Source: Candidatus Gottesmanbacteria bacterium
GTDB taxonomy: Bacteria > Patescibacteriota > Microgenomatia > UBA10105 > UBA927
Reading direction: 5' to 3'
DNA: 64,000 nucleotides
Assembly (NCBI GenBank): GCA_023245335.1
Contig: JAHFKK010000001.1
Span: 299,282-363,281 of the forward strand
Shown: piece after piece, positions 48,333 through 57,880 of the stretch
How the letters are laid out: the number at the start of each line of letters is the position of its first letter
Numbering within the stretch: the first letter of the stretch is position 1
Made by a program: the position numbers and the translations under genes
Notes under the pieces: model-generated
What the model was told of the DNA's origin: nothing
Database searches by the model: none
Seen by the model: the letters and a program-made list of their open reading frames with translations, nothing else

Positions 48333-49367
48333 ATGCGACCCGACTTTCTCATCCTCATTCTTGTCGTCATCGCCGGGTTCGGAGTGCTTGCGTATCTCGT
48401 GAAAAAGGAACTCGGGAAACTCGCCGAGAAAAAAGAAGACACGACGCTTACCGAATGGCTGAAGACCATGCAGGTCTCGATCGAAAACACCAATAAGGTT
48501 TTAAATGAAGCGATGCGGGGACAGACAAGCGACGTCGCGAAACTTCTTCAATCCAACACAAAACAATTAAACGACCGTCTCGATACGGCGGCGCGAGTTA
48601 TCGGAGACCTCAAACAAAATTTAGGCGAAATGTCCGAAGTGGGGAAGGGAATACGGAGTTTGCAGGAATTCCTCCAGTCACCGAAGCTCCGCGGCAACAT
48701 CGGTGAACAGGTTATGCAGGACATGATCGGTCAGACGTTCCCAAAGAATTCGTTTCATCTCCAGTATCAATTCCGAAGCGGCGTGAAAGTGGATGCGGTC
48801 CTCAAAACTGATGCGGGTTTACTCTGTGTCGACTCTAAGTTTCCGATGGAGAATTTCACCAAGATGCACAAAGGGGAGACGGAAGTATTGAGAAATGCGG
48901 CAAAACGGGATTTCATGGCGGACGTCAAAAAGCATGTGAACGACATAAATAAAAAATACATTTTGCCGGAAGAGGGTACGATGGATTTTGCCCTTATGTA
49001 CATACCGTCCGAAGCCGTATATTACGAGATTGCCAACATGGAGGAACTCATGGAGTACGCACGGAAGCAGCGCGTGTATCCGGTATCTCCGAATACGCTC
49101 TATGCGCATCTCCAAGTACTCCTGCTCTCATTTCAGGGGAAGGAACTGGAACAAAAGTCACGGCAGGTTTTTCAACTTCTGCGGGCGATCCAGAAGGACT
49201 ACACGAAAGTGGAAGAAAATTTGGGTATCCTTTCAAAGCATGTGGGTAATGCGTATAACATGATGAGTAATGTTTCCGGATCGTTCTCCCTTCTCGGGCA
49301 GAAACTCTCACGGACCCAAAACCTTGAAGCAGAAGAAGAGCCTCCGTCTTTACCTCTCGCTGAATGA
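48333..49367 (+). CDS. rmuC: DNA recombination protein RmuC
   Basis: N-terminal TM, coiled coil, PKLRGNIGE, VDSKFP, KYI.P..GT.DFA.MYIPSE; alternative start 48315. Confidence 0.92.
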   Translation: MRPDFLILILVVIAGFGVLAYLVKKELGKLAEKKEDTTLTEWLKTMQVSIENTNKVLNEAMRGQTSDVAKLLQSNTKQLNDRLDTAARVIGDLKQNLGEMSEVGKGIRSLQEFLQSPKLRGNIGEQVMQDMIGQTFPKNSFHLQYQFRSGVKVDAVLKTDAGLLCVDSKFPMENFTKMHKGETEVLRNAAKRDFMADVKKHVNDINKKYILPEEGTMDFALMYIPSEAVYYEIANMEELMEYARKQRVYPVSPNTLYAHLQVLLLSFQGKELEQKSRQVFQLLRAIQKDYTKVEENLGILSKHVGNAYNMMSNVSGSFSLLGQKLSRTQNLEAEEEPPSLPLAE

Positions 49368-49943
49368 TTACTTCCCGATACCGCGTACGAACATGAGGAT
49401 GACGGGATAGTAGACGTAGATAAAATATCCGTTAACGGCGATAAGCCCCGGAAAAATGAAAAATTGTTCCAACGGCCCGCCTGTCCGTATCCGTAGAAAT
49501 TTAAACGGGGGGAAACCGAAGCGGATCGGGATGGGGAAAAACCACGGGATGCCTTCTTTGGTGATGAAGTCCATGACAAGATGTGATGCGTACCCGATCA
49601 TAAGAGCCCACCAGACGACCGTCATGTCGACCAGAAGCACGTGGTGCATCGCGTCCAGAAGAAGATGGACCAGGTATCCTGCTATCGCCATACCCACGAA
49701 CGAATGCGAAATCATGCGGTGATGACCTATAAGAGGGTGCAGTACTTTGCCGAAGAAAGATCCTGCAGGTATCTTTTGCCAGAAGTCGCTCGTCGCATCA
49801 TCAATGTCCGGCATGAGACCGCCGATCATATTGGCGGCAAATGCCGTAACTGCGGTGCCTAAGCTCATGTGCGGCACGTGTTGGGTCGCGATGAAGTACG
49901 TGAGTGTCGTAAACGCAGCGAGATCGTGGGTCCGTCCGGTCAT
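49368..49943 (-). CDS. YdjM-like membrane-bound metal-dependent hydrolase
   Basis: MTGRTH, PDID, HRMISHS, SHLVMD.IT..G. Confidence 0.88.
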   Translation of the reverse strand: MTGRTHDLAAFTTLTYFIATQHVPHMSLGTAVTAFAANMIGGLMPDIDDATSDFWQKIPAGSFFGKVLHPLIGHHRMISHSFVGMAIAGYLVHLLLDAMHHVLLVDMTVVWWALMIGYASHLVMDFITKEGIPWFFPIPIRFGFPPFKFLRIRTGGPLEQFFIFPGLIAVNGYFIYVYYPVILMFVRGIGK

Positions 49944-50003
49944 AGAAAAAATCATAGCATATCGGCCTTAACTCTGGGCTGCGGTGTATAATATGGAGGA
50001 GCT

Positions 50004-51176
50004 ATGAAGTTTATCTTATTTCATGGAGCCTTTGGTAGTCCCGGCAGTAATTGGTTGCCGGAACTCAAGGATAAGCTTGAATTATCCGGACAGGAAGCAT
50101 TAGCTCCCGCGTTTCCGGTGGATACATGGGACCGTGTGACGGAATTGGGGAAAAACGTCCCGTCTAAACGGCAAACTTTAGAGAATTGGTTTACTGAATT
50201 CGATGCGGTTTATAAGACGCTTCATAAAGGAGAAAAACTTTGTTTTGTCGGTCACTCGTTGGGCCCGCTCTTTATTCTCCACGTAGTTGAGAAATATAAC
50301 ATACAGCTGGATAGCGCTATTTTTGTCTGTCCGTTTTTCACGACGCTTCATAAGTCATGGCAAATAGACCATGTGAATAAAAGCTTTTACAAAACGGACT
50401 TTGATTTAAAAAAATTACGGAAATTAATCCCTGTTTCTTACGTACTCTATTCCGGTGATGATCCGTATGTCGATTCAAAATATTCTTTAGAGTTCGGAGA
50501 GAATTTGGGTAGTTCTGTTATATCCATGAAGCGTGCGGGTCATATGAACGACGAGGTACACCTCAATGACTTTCCTCTGGTTGTCGATCTTTGTTATACC
50601 CGCCTTGACCTTTCTTTGTATCAAAAATTTTTGGAACATTATAAGAAGCAGTCTGCTCAGGGATATATAACGGAAACAAAGAACAGCGGCATACTGAAAA
50701 TTAAACCTGAAGAAGTCATTGATGAAGGGATATTTCATTTCCGTCATTTAAGTTCGGATGGGTTCTGCACACTATTCACGCGAATCCAAAAATTTTGGGA
50801 TCCGGAATCTACCTATATGCAGCACGGCCGGGATGCTGCGAAACGGGGAGTATCGTTTACCCGCGTCATCGTTGCCGACGATGGAAGCGATTTGCACTCG
50901 CCGGTTCTCAAGAGGCAAGTGGAGTTGGATATCGCTGCCGGCATCCATATATATAGTGTTCTGTGGGATGACATAAAAGACGTCGTGACGGAGCCTGATT
51001 TCGGTCTCTGGGATAACAGCTATGTTTGTGTGGTTCGGGTAAATTCCGATACGGGAAAAGTGGTTGAGGCGGAACTAAATAGCAGGTTGAGTGACATGGG
51101 CAGATACCAGGATTGGCGGAAATACATATTGTCGAAAGCCAAAAAAATTCGTTCGACAAAAGACCTCATACGGTGA
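50004..51176 (+). CDS. YdeN/RBBP9-like alpha/beta hydrolase fused to a C-terminal DUF6879-like domain
   Basis: HG...NW, GHSLG, DDPYV, GH; C-terminal RGV...RV, AGI.I, DFGLWD. Confidence 0.75.
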   Translation: MKFILFHGAFGSPGSNWLPELKDKLELSGQEALAPAFPVDTWDRVTELGKNVPSKRQTLENWFTEFDAVYKTLHKGEKLCFVGHSLGPLFILHVVEKYNIQLDSAIFVCPFFTTLHKSWQIDHVNKSFYKTDFDLKKLRKLIPVSYVLYSGDDPYVDSKYSLEFGENLGSSVISMKRAGHMNDEVHLNDFPLVVDLCYTRLDLSLYQKFLEHYKKQSAQGYITETKNSGILKIKPEEVIDEGIFHFRHLSSDGFCTLFTRIQKFWDPESTYMQHGRDAAKRGVSFTRVIVADDGSDLHSPVLKRQVELDIAAGIHIYSVLWDDIKDVVTEPDFGLWDNSYVCVVRVNSDTGKVVEAELNSRLSDMGRYQDWRKYILSKAKKIRSTKDLIR

Positions 51177-51209
51177 TCATTTTTACTTTCTTGCTATAAT
51201 GGCTCCACG

Positions 51210-54155
51210 ATGCAGAAGATCCCCGTAATTGACCGTAAATTAAATGATGAACAAAAGGCCGCAGTAGAGTACGGCGACGGACCGCTCCTTATTATCGCCG
51301 GCGCCGGTACCGGCAAGACGACGGTCATCACCGAGCGCATCAAGCACCTCATATCGACGAGCCGCGCGAATCCGTCGGAGATTCTTGCTTTGACCTTTAC
51401 CGAAAAAGCCGCACGCGAGATGGAAGAGCGGGTGGACGTCATCATGCCCTACGGTGTGACGGAAATGTGGATTTCCACGTTTCATAAATTCTGCGACCGC
51501 TTGCTTCGTCAGGAAGCGATCCATATCGGGTTGAATCCCGCATACCGTCTGATGACCGATACCGATGCTACGATGCTTTTCCGGCAGAATCTGTTTCAAT
51601 TTGACCTCAATTATTTCCGGCCTCTGGGCAATCCGACCAAGTTTATAAGCGGCATGCTGCAGCATTTTTCGAGATTGCAGGATGAGGATGTGAGTCCGCA
51701 AGAATATCGTGCGTACGTCAAAAAACTAGAGAGCGGGAAAAAAGAGAAATCCGAAGAAGACGAGTTGGAACTAGAGAAATATGTGGAGCTCGCCCGTGTG
51801 TACGGCGAGTATCAGGCGCTCAAGGAAAAAGAGGGCCGCATGGATTTCGGCGACCTTATCATCCAGACGCTTAAATTATTCCGGACGCGAAAAAATCTGT
51901 TGTCTGTCTACCGGAAACAGTTCAAATACATCCTCGTCGACGAATTCCAGGATACCAATATCGCCCAAAATGAACTCATCGCGCTTCTTTCCGGGGAGAA
52001 ACAAAATATCACGGCGGTATGTGATGACGACCAGAGTATATATAAATTCCGGGGAGCGGCGGTATCAAATGTTCTTGCATTCCGTAAGCACTTCACGAAG
52101 GCAAAACTCATTGTCCTGACCAAAAACTACCGGTCGACGCAGTCGATCCTCGACGCATCGTATCAACTTATCCAGCACAACAATCCAGATAGACTGGAAG
52201 TCAAGGAAAAGATAAGTAAAAAACTTGTGGCCGAGCGGGGGACAAACGGCCGCTGGCCGTCACTTTTGTATCATGACCGGGTCGAAAACGAAGCGGAGGG
52301 TGCCGTCAAAGAAATACAAAAACTCCATGAGGAATCCGGCAGGAAGTATGCATGGAAGGATGTCGCGATCTTAGTCCGGGCCAACAGTCACGCGGATCCT
52401 TTTATCCGTGCGTGTATGAGACTCGGCGTGCCGTTCCAGTTCCTGGGGCCGGGACAGCTTTTCCGCCAGCCGGAGGTCATGGACCTCATCGCGTACTTGC
52501 AGGTCATCCAGCATTTTGACAACAACGTAGCATTTTTTCGGGTGTTGTCCATGAAATATTTTGATATGCCCCCGCGGGATTTTGCGGCTATAGCGAATCT
52601 CGCCCGGAAGCAAAACATGTCCGTATTTGAGGCGAGCGAAGTCATGGCGGGGAAAAGGATTTTGGACGGCATAACCCTGCCGTTTATTTCCGAGGAAACC
52701 AAGGAGAAACTCGGCACCATTATTTCTATGATCCATAGGCACCTGGGGTTGGTGACCAAAGAGACGGCGGGGCAGATCCTTTTCTATTTTTTACAGGATT
52801 CCGGCTTTATCAAAAATATCCTGGAATATTCGACCCGGTCGGATGAGCAAAAAGCAAATAACGTGTCGAAATTTTTCAGCAAACTCAAAACTTATGAGAC
52901 GGATCATGCAGATGCCAGTGTGACCGCGGTTCTCGACTGGATAGAACTTTCGATGGAACTTGGAGAATCACCGCTTGCCGGGGATACCGACTGGGTGCAA
53001 AACGACGCTGTCAATATCCTGACGATTCATAGTGCGAAGGGTCTGGAGTTCCCCGTAGTTTTTTTGGTCAATCTCGTATCTCAGCGGTTTCCGACGACCG
53101 AGCGGCACGAACAGATCCCTATTCCGGAAGCGCTTATCAAGGAAGAATTGCCCGAAGGAGATTATCATCTGGAGGAAGAGCGCAGGCTTTGTTACGTCGG
53201 CATGACGCGTGCCCGGGATCTCTTGTATCTGACCGGAGCAAATTACTACGGCGAAGGCAAACGTGAGAAAAAATTATCGCCGTTTGTCGGAGAAGTGATA
53301 GGGGACGCAGCACGTGTGCCTATCGTGCCGCCCAAGGCGCTGCAGATGTCACTTCTGGACTGGAAAAAAGAGGATGCAACGGACACGACGAAAGTGACGA
53401 AAGCGCCGATTACGTATCTGTCATATTCTCAAATAGAAACGTTCCGGTTGTGCCCTTTGCACTATAAACTGAGGTACCTTTTGAATATTCCGACTCCGCC
53501 GTCCGCATCGCTTTCGTTTGGAACCAGCATTCATGCGGTGCTCAGAGATTTTTATGCCATGCACGAAAACGGAGAGAAGGTGACCAAGTCACTCCTCACA
53601 GATTTATTGGTGACCCACTGGAAACGCGAGGGGTATGAAAATAAACGATATGAGGAAGAAATGAAAAAGCGAGGAGAACGGTATTTGTCCGAATATTTTG
53701 ATAAAGAATTTCACCCTGATACGAAAACCGTTGCACTGGAGCAGTCGTTTACCGTACCAATAGCAACTGATACCGGATCACTTAAAATAGGCGGGAAGAT
53801 TGACCGCGTCGATATCTTGCCGGGAGGCAACATAGAGATCATAGACTATAAGACGGGCCGTATGCCCAGTAAGCGCGAGGTAGACACAAACCTGCAACTT
53901 TCGATGTACGCCATTGCCGCGACCAGCATTCCCGGTACGCCGTTTGGTAAGAACCCTGAAGACATTGTTCTCTCTTTGTATTTTTTTGATTCACAAACCC
54001 GCATATCGACGACCCGCACCGCGGATCAACTGCAAAAGGAGAAGGGAACGATCATTGATATCGCGCACGCGATCGAAACTTCGGACTTCATGTGTTCCGG
54101 CAATCAATTATGTGCTGCATGCGAATATGCGATGTTTTGTAACGTCTCCGGTTAG
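51210..54155 (+). CDS. UvrD/PcrA-family helicase with C-terminal PD-(D/E)xK nuclease (AddA/AdnAB-like)
   Basis: AGAGTGKT, VDEFQD, NYRS, TIHSAKGLEF, YVGMTRA; GKIDRVD...IDYKTG, QL..Y, Cys cluster. Confidence 0.92.
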   Translation: MQKIPVIDRKLNDEQKAAVEYGDGPLLIIAGAGTGKTTVITERIKHLISTSRANPSEILALTFTEKAAREMEERVDVIMPYGVTEMWISTFHKFCDRLLRQEAIHIGLNPAYRLMTDTDATMLFRQNLFQFDLNYFRPLGNPTKFISGMLQHFSRLQDEDVSPQEYRAYVKKLESGKKEKSEEDELELEKYVELARVYGEYQALKEKEGRMDFGDLIIQTLKLFRTRKNLLSVYRKQFKYILVDEFQDTNIAQNELIALLSGEKQNITAVCDDDQSIYKFRGAAVSNVLAFRKHFTKAKLIVLTKNYRSTQSILDASYQLIQHNNPDRLEVKEKISKKLVAERGTNGRWPSLLYHDRVENEAEGAVKEIQKLHEESGRKYAWKDVAILVRANSHADPFIRACMRLGVPFQFLGPGQLFRQPEVMDLIAYLQVIQHFDNNVAFFRVLSMKYFDMPPRDFAAIANLARKQNMSVFEASEVMAGKRILDGITLPFISEETKEKLGTIISMIHRHLGLVTKETAGQILFYFLQDSGFIKNILEYSTRSDEQKANNVSKFFSKLKTYETDHADASVTAVLDWIELSMELGESPLAGDTDWVQNDAVNILTIHSAKGLEFPVVFLVNLVSQRFPTTERHEQIPIPEALIKEELPEGDYHLEEERRLCYVGMTRARDLLYLTGANYYGEGKREKKLSPFVGEVIGDAARVPIVPPKALQMSLLDWKKEDATDTTKVTKAPITYLSYSQIETFRLCPLHYKLRYLLNIPTPPSASLSFGTSIHAVLRDFYAMHENGEKVTKSLLTDLLVTHWKREGYENKRYEEEMKKRGERYLSEYFDKEFHPDTKTVALEQSFTVPIATDTGSLKIGGKIDRVDILPGGNIEIIDYKTGRMPSKREVDTNLQLSMYAIAATSIPGTPFGKNPEDIVLSLYFFDSQTRISTTRTADQLQKEKGTIIDIAHAIETSDFMCSGNQLCAACEYAMFCNVSG

Positions 54156-54238
54156 CAGCAGTTCGTGTTGTGAGATAGGTCACTAAGTAAAAGCATGAGA
54201 CTTGACAACCTGAAAAACCTTCTGCATAGTAGATAGTA

Positions 54239-55786
54239 ATGGTGCAAAGAAATAATTCACCGATCAAGATTTTCTCTCTCGTTATAGCAGTCGCATTTGC
54301 CGTCATAGCACTTGCCGTAGGATACGTTGCCGTCCAGAAATCCACAGAAGGCCGATCAAAGGCAGGACTCATCCAGAAAGATTACATGCGCTGGGATTTC
54401 ACCAAGGATGCAGAAGGATGGACAGGAGCAAATATCGTCAGTAAGATCATGGCTTGGAGCGGAGGCGGTGTCTTGACCGGCACCATAATGCCGGGAAGTA
54501 CATTTAATAGTCCTGTTGTAAATGTTCCGATGCCGGTAGGCAATAAGTCTATCGTCGTGCGTATGAGCGTGTCTTCCGGTCAGCCGCTACCTATCTGGAT
54601 CGGAGGCACAGATTGTACAGTCGGGCCACTAAATGATGTCAAGTGCGGCGTCGTCCTAAACAAAACAGGGACGGTAACCGTCCAGAACGTAGGCGGAAGT
54701 GCTGTAAGTGGTAGTGCTCCGATCACAACATCGGCCGGTGTAGCACAAAAGCTTGTCACTTTGGATCCTATTGAGCGGCAACCCGCTCCGCCCTCTACAG
54801 TATGCATACCGCAACCCACGTGTCCGTCAGGCCAAATGTGTCCCATGATTGAATCATTTAGAGCGGGCGGTTACTGTCCGCCTGATGTCACACCAAAACC
54901 TTCACCGGTGTGTGTGCCACGGCTTCCGTGTATGGATGCCACAAATGGACCGCGATGTTTGCCCGACATAGCTCCCGGTGCTGCATTTTGTCCGCAACCC
55001 TGCGTCTCCAGGCCTGTTTGTAAGGATCCGAAGGGATGCGCCCAAAAAATGATGGTACCGGTTGGCGGGTGGTGTCCGGACACGACTCCGTATCCGACCA
55101 CAGCGCCAGTTAAACGATCAGTTACGTTTACCGTAACGTATGCATTGTCCAAAGGGCCTAAAGCACTCGATTCTGCTCCGATTTCCGAAACAGGAGAAAT
55201 ACCGAATAGCTTTATCGTACCGGTAGATGGCAGCATGACGGAATACACAGTAAAAATTCCCTTAATAAATTCAGCAGTCGTGCGTAAAGTCGGCATTCAG
55301 GTACAGCAGGGTGCGCTTAAAGGTGATCGGGTACTTATCGATTCCGTGCGCTTAGTAGGAGATGTAACGCCGGTCGTTACATGTGTCCAGCCCCCGACAT
55401 GCAGGCAGACTCTGATGAAAGGCACGGATGGCAGCTTCCGTTGTCCGATGACGGCAGATCTCAAGCCCGGGGTGACGTATTGCCCGTATCCTACGCCGCA
55501 GTGCATCCAGCCACCGACGACGTGCAACGTGAATGTAGTCGCGGGGAAAGACGGCACCTTTTATTGTCCATCCTTGGGATTAATGGATAAAACCGGCATG
55601 AAATACTGTGAGTTTCCCAAGCCGACTCCAACTCCGCCGGCTCCTGCGAACTGCTACTATCAAGCCGTGAAGTGTGTCAAAGCGCCATGTAATGCAGTCT
55701 TGGTGTGCACGAACCCAAAAGTGAATCCGCCGTTGAATCAAAATCGAGACCCCGGTGATAAAGCGATGAATAAGAAAAATAGGTAA
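54239..55786 (+). CDS. Membrane-anchored Cys/Pro-rich surface protein
   Basis: N-terminal TM, six 4-Cys modules; TTGACA-type promoter upstream. Confidence 0.8.
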   Translation: MVQRNNSPIKIFSLVIAVAFAVIALAVGYVAVQKSTEGRSKAGLIQKDYMRWDFTKDAEGWTGANIVSKIMAWSGGGVLTGTIMPGSTFNSPVVNVPMPVGNKSIVVRMSVSSGQPLPIWIGGTDCTVGPLNDVKCGVVLNKTGTVTVQNVGGSAVSGSAPITTSAGVAQKLVTLDPIERQPAPPSTVCIPQPTCPSGQMCPMIESFRAGGYCPPDVTPKPSPVCVPRLPCMDATNGPRCLPDIAPGAAFCPQPCVSRPVCKDPKGCAQKMMVPVGGWCPDTTPYPTTAPVKRSVTFTVTYALSKGPKALDSAPISETGEIPNSFIVPVDGSMTEYTVKIPLINSAVVRKVGIQVQQGALKGDRVLIDSVRLVGDVTPVVTCVQPPTCRQTLMKGTDGSFRCPMTADLKPGVTYCPYPTPQCIQPPTTCNVNVVAGKDGTFYCPSLGLMDKTGMKYCEFPKPTPTPPAPANCYYQAVKCVKAPCNAVLVCTNPKVNPPLNQNRDPGDKAMNKKNR

Positions 55787-55799
55787 CGTAGGAACCCCG

Positions 55800-56630
55800 T
55801 TACGAGGAGAGAGGATAATACAACTCACTTCCGCCGAAACCCTCTTTAAATTTGGTAAATCCTTTCCACTCATGATTCTGGTTTGGCATACGCTCATCCC
55901 AGACGCCGACAAAATCTAGGGCCGTCGTGCCTCGCTTTTTGGCGAGCTTAAGTGCCTCCCAGACGAGATAGGTCGGTGCAAAGAGATGTTTACCCTCCTT
56001 TGTCGCTCCAGCAACCCAGTAGTATGCAATTTTTTGCCAGTATATGAGGAGTATGCCGGCAACCGGAGTGTCCTTTGAGGTGCGCGCAGTAAGTATGTCA
56101 GCGTGATCCGGACGGAACTTTGGCCAGAGTTTATCAAGTCCGTACGTCGTGATGGAGCCCAAAAATCCGGCAGACGTATTTTTGAGACGGATAAATGTCC
56201 GGATGTCGTCGCTGACATCTATACGGACGCCATTTTTTTGCGCCCGCCGTACGGCGCGGCGCTTTGCCTCGCTCAATCCACGAAATATGGCGTCTTCAGG
56301 ACGCGTCACATCGACACGGATAGTTTTGGTCGGTAAGAACGGATCATGGTTGACGTGTATCGCACGCGGCAGACGCCTCACCCATCGTTTGAGATCACCG
56401 GAGCTCACCCGGCTGTCCGGTTCTATCGCGAGCCGTGTTGCCTTTTCATGAGACAGTAAAGGGAGAAATGTTTTGAGGTCCGGAAGCCTGGTCACCCGCT
56501 GGACCTTGATAAGCGCTCCCATAAATGGGAATCGACGGATGTAATAATATTGCCGGTTGTGCGCGACGACTTTCCATCCCAAAGATGCGATAAACGCGGC
56601 ATAAGGTTTGGATTGTTGGATTTCCATCAT
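55800..56630 (-). CDS. FemAB/MurM-like GNAT peptidoglycan bridge ligase
   Basis: RRAVRRA.K.GV, W.AL..AK..G...DF.G, GFTKFKEGFGG. Confidence 0.85.
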   Translation of the reverse strand: MMEIQQSKPYAAFIASLGWKVVAHNRQYYYIRRFPFMGALIKVQRVTRLPDLKTFLPLLSHEKATRLAIEPDSRVSSGDLKRWVRRLPRAIHVNHDPFLPTKTIRVDVTRPEDAIFRGLSEAKRRAVRRAQKNGVRIDVSDDIRTFIRLKNTSAGFLGSITTYGLDKLWPKFRPDHADILTARTSKDTPVAGILLIYWQKIAYYWVAGATKEGKHLFAPTYLVWEALKLAKKRGTTALDFVGVWDERMPNQNHEWKGFTKFKEGFGGSELYYPLSS

Positions 56631-56646
56631 ACAAATCGTAACGTCT

Positions 56647-57624
56647 CTAGCGGGACATGAGTTTCAGTATGGTCCATCGGAGCGTATCTGCGATCGTATA
56701 CAGGCGATAGAGGAACGGATGGACAACGAGATCGTACGAGCCGACAAACTCGATGAGCGTCGGGTTAAATCCCTGTTTGAAACGATGGAACCCGAACCAG
56801 GGATCGTTGATGTCCGGATTAGGTCCCAGAGACCCCCATAGATCAAATGTCTTGTATCCTTTCGCTTTCGCCCATTTGGTGATTTCCCACAACATAAGAG
56901 TCGGTGCCATGACTTCCCTATGGGTCCGCGAGGAGGCCCCGTAGGGGTAATACACAGTCTCACCCCAGGTAAATAGAATCCACGCCGTAAGTATTTCGCC
57001 TTCGTACACGGCAGTAAAAAGGTGTGCTATCCCGGCTTTGTGGAGCATATTCCACATCTTCTCGTGATATATCCTGTTATGCGCAAAGAATCCCTGTCTG
57101 GATGTGGTTTCCTCGTTGAGCCGAAGGTAGGAAGCAAATGCTTTTGGGGAAGAATCTTCTTGTATCGTTACCTTGTGGCGCTCGGCGACCCGTAAGTTAT
57201 ATCGTGTCTTAGAGTGCATAGCGGCAAGAAGCTCATTTTCCGTCCTTGTGAGGTCCAAGATATACGTGTATTTGGTGAAAAGGGGGTGATGTGACGGGAT
57301 GATTGATAATTTTTTGAGTTCGGTTGCCGTTTTTTCGGATGTAACGGCGTTTGGTTCCAACTGGATGAATATTGCACGTTTTTCTTTTCCGATACGCGTT
57401 AGCTTTTCGATCATGCGTGTATCAGGAAGCGGTCCTTTTGGAAAGAATCCGACATACCAGGGCGTATGAGGGAGCCGGTGAAACGTAAGTTGCCAGCCGT
57501 TTACCCGTACGACTTCGATACCCATTGCTTTACGGAATTCACCCCATGCCCACGTTTGCAGCGGATGGAGAGCCCCGGCATCCCAGGATTTTTGGTCGGT
57601 GTCTATGGCAGTACGGATTGTCAT
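56647..57624 (-). CDS. FemAB/MurM lipid II:amino acid transferase
   Basis: HPLQTW.WG, KGP, KTRYN.R.A, YPYGAS, FDLWG, GFHRFK.GF. Confidence 0.92.
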   Translation of the reverse strand: MTIRTAIDTDQKSWDAGALHPLQTWAWGEFRKAMGIEVVRVNGWQLTFHRLPHTPWYVGFFPKGPLPDTRMIEKLTRIGKEKRAIFIQLEPNAVTSEKTATELKKLSIIPSHHPLFTKYTYILDLTRTENELLAAMHSKTRYNLRVAERHKVTIQEDSSPKAFASYLRLNEETTSRQGFFAHNRIYHEKMWNMLHKAGIAHLFTAVYEGEILTAWILFTWGETVYYPYGASSRTHREVMAPTLMLWEITKWAKAKGYKTFDLWGSLGPNPDINDPWFGFHRFKQGFNPTLIEFVGSYDLVVHPFLYRLYTIADTLRWTILKLMSR

Positions 57625-57682
57625 ACCGGTCTTTATAATATATCTATTATCGCGCGTTCTTTACTATGATACAATGGGTTCG

Positions 57683-57880
57683 ATGAAGCGCAAAGCGAGA
57701 TCTATGCGTCATGAAGAACCGGTCAGTTGGCTCCCTGTAGACACCAGAGTGATGCTCCCTCTCCTGTCATTCGGACACGTCCACGGGGTCGCAAAAGTGT
57801 TTTTGACCATAGAACTCGTACTCGCAGTAAGCGTCGTGTTTGGAAGTTGTGCTGCAGTACTTCTCCGGGTTTTGCCCTAA
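57683..57880 (+). CDS. Small membrane protein
   Basis: C-terminal hydrophobic helix; TACAAT 7 nt before ATG. Confidence 0.45.
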   Translation: MKRKARSMRHEEPVSWLPVDTRVMLPLLSFGHVHGVAKVFLTIELVLAVSVVFGSCAAVLLRVLP

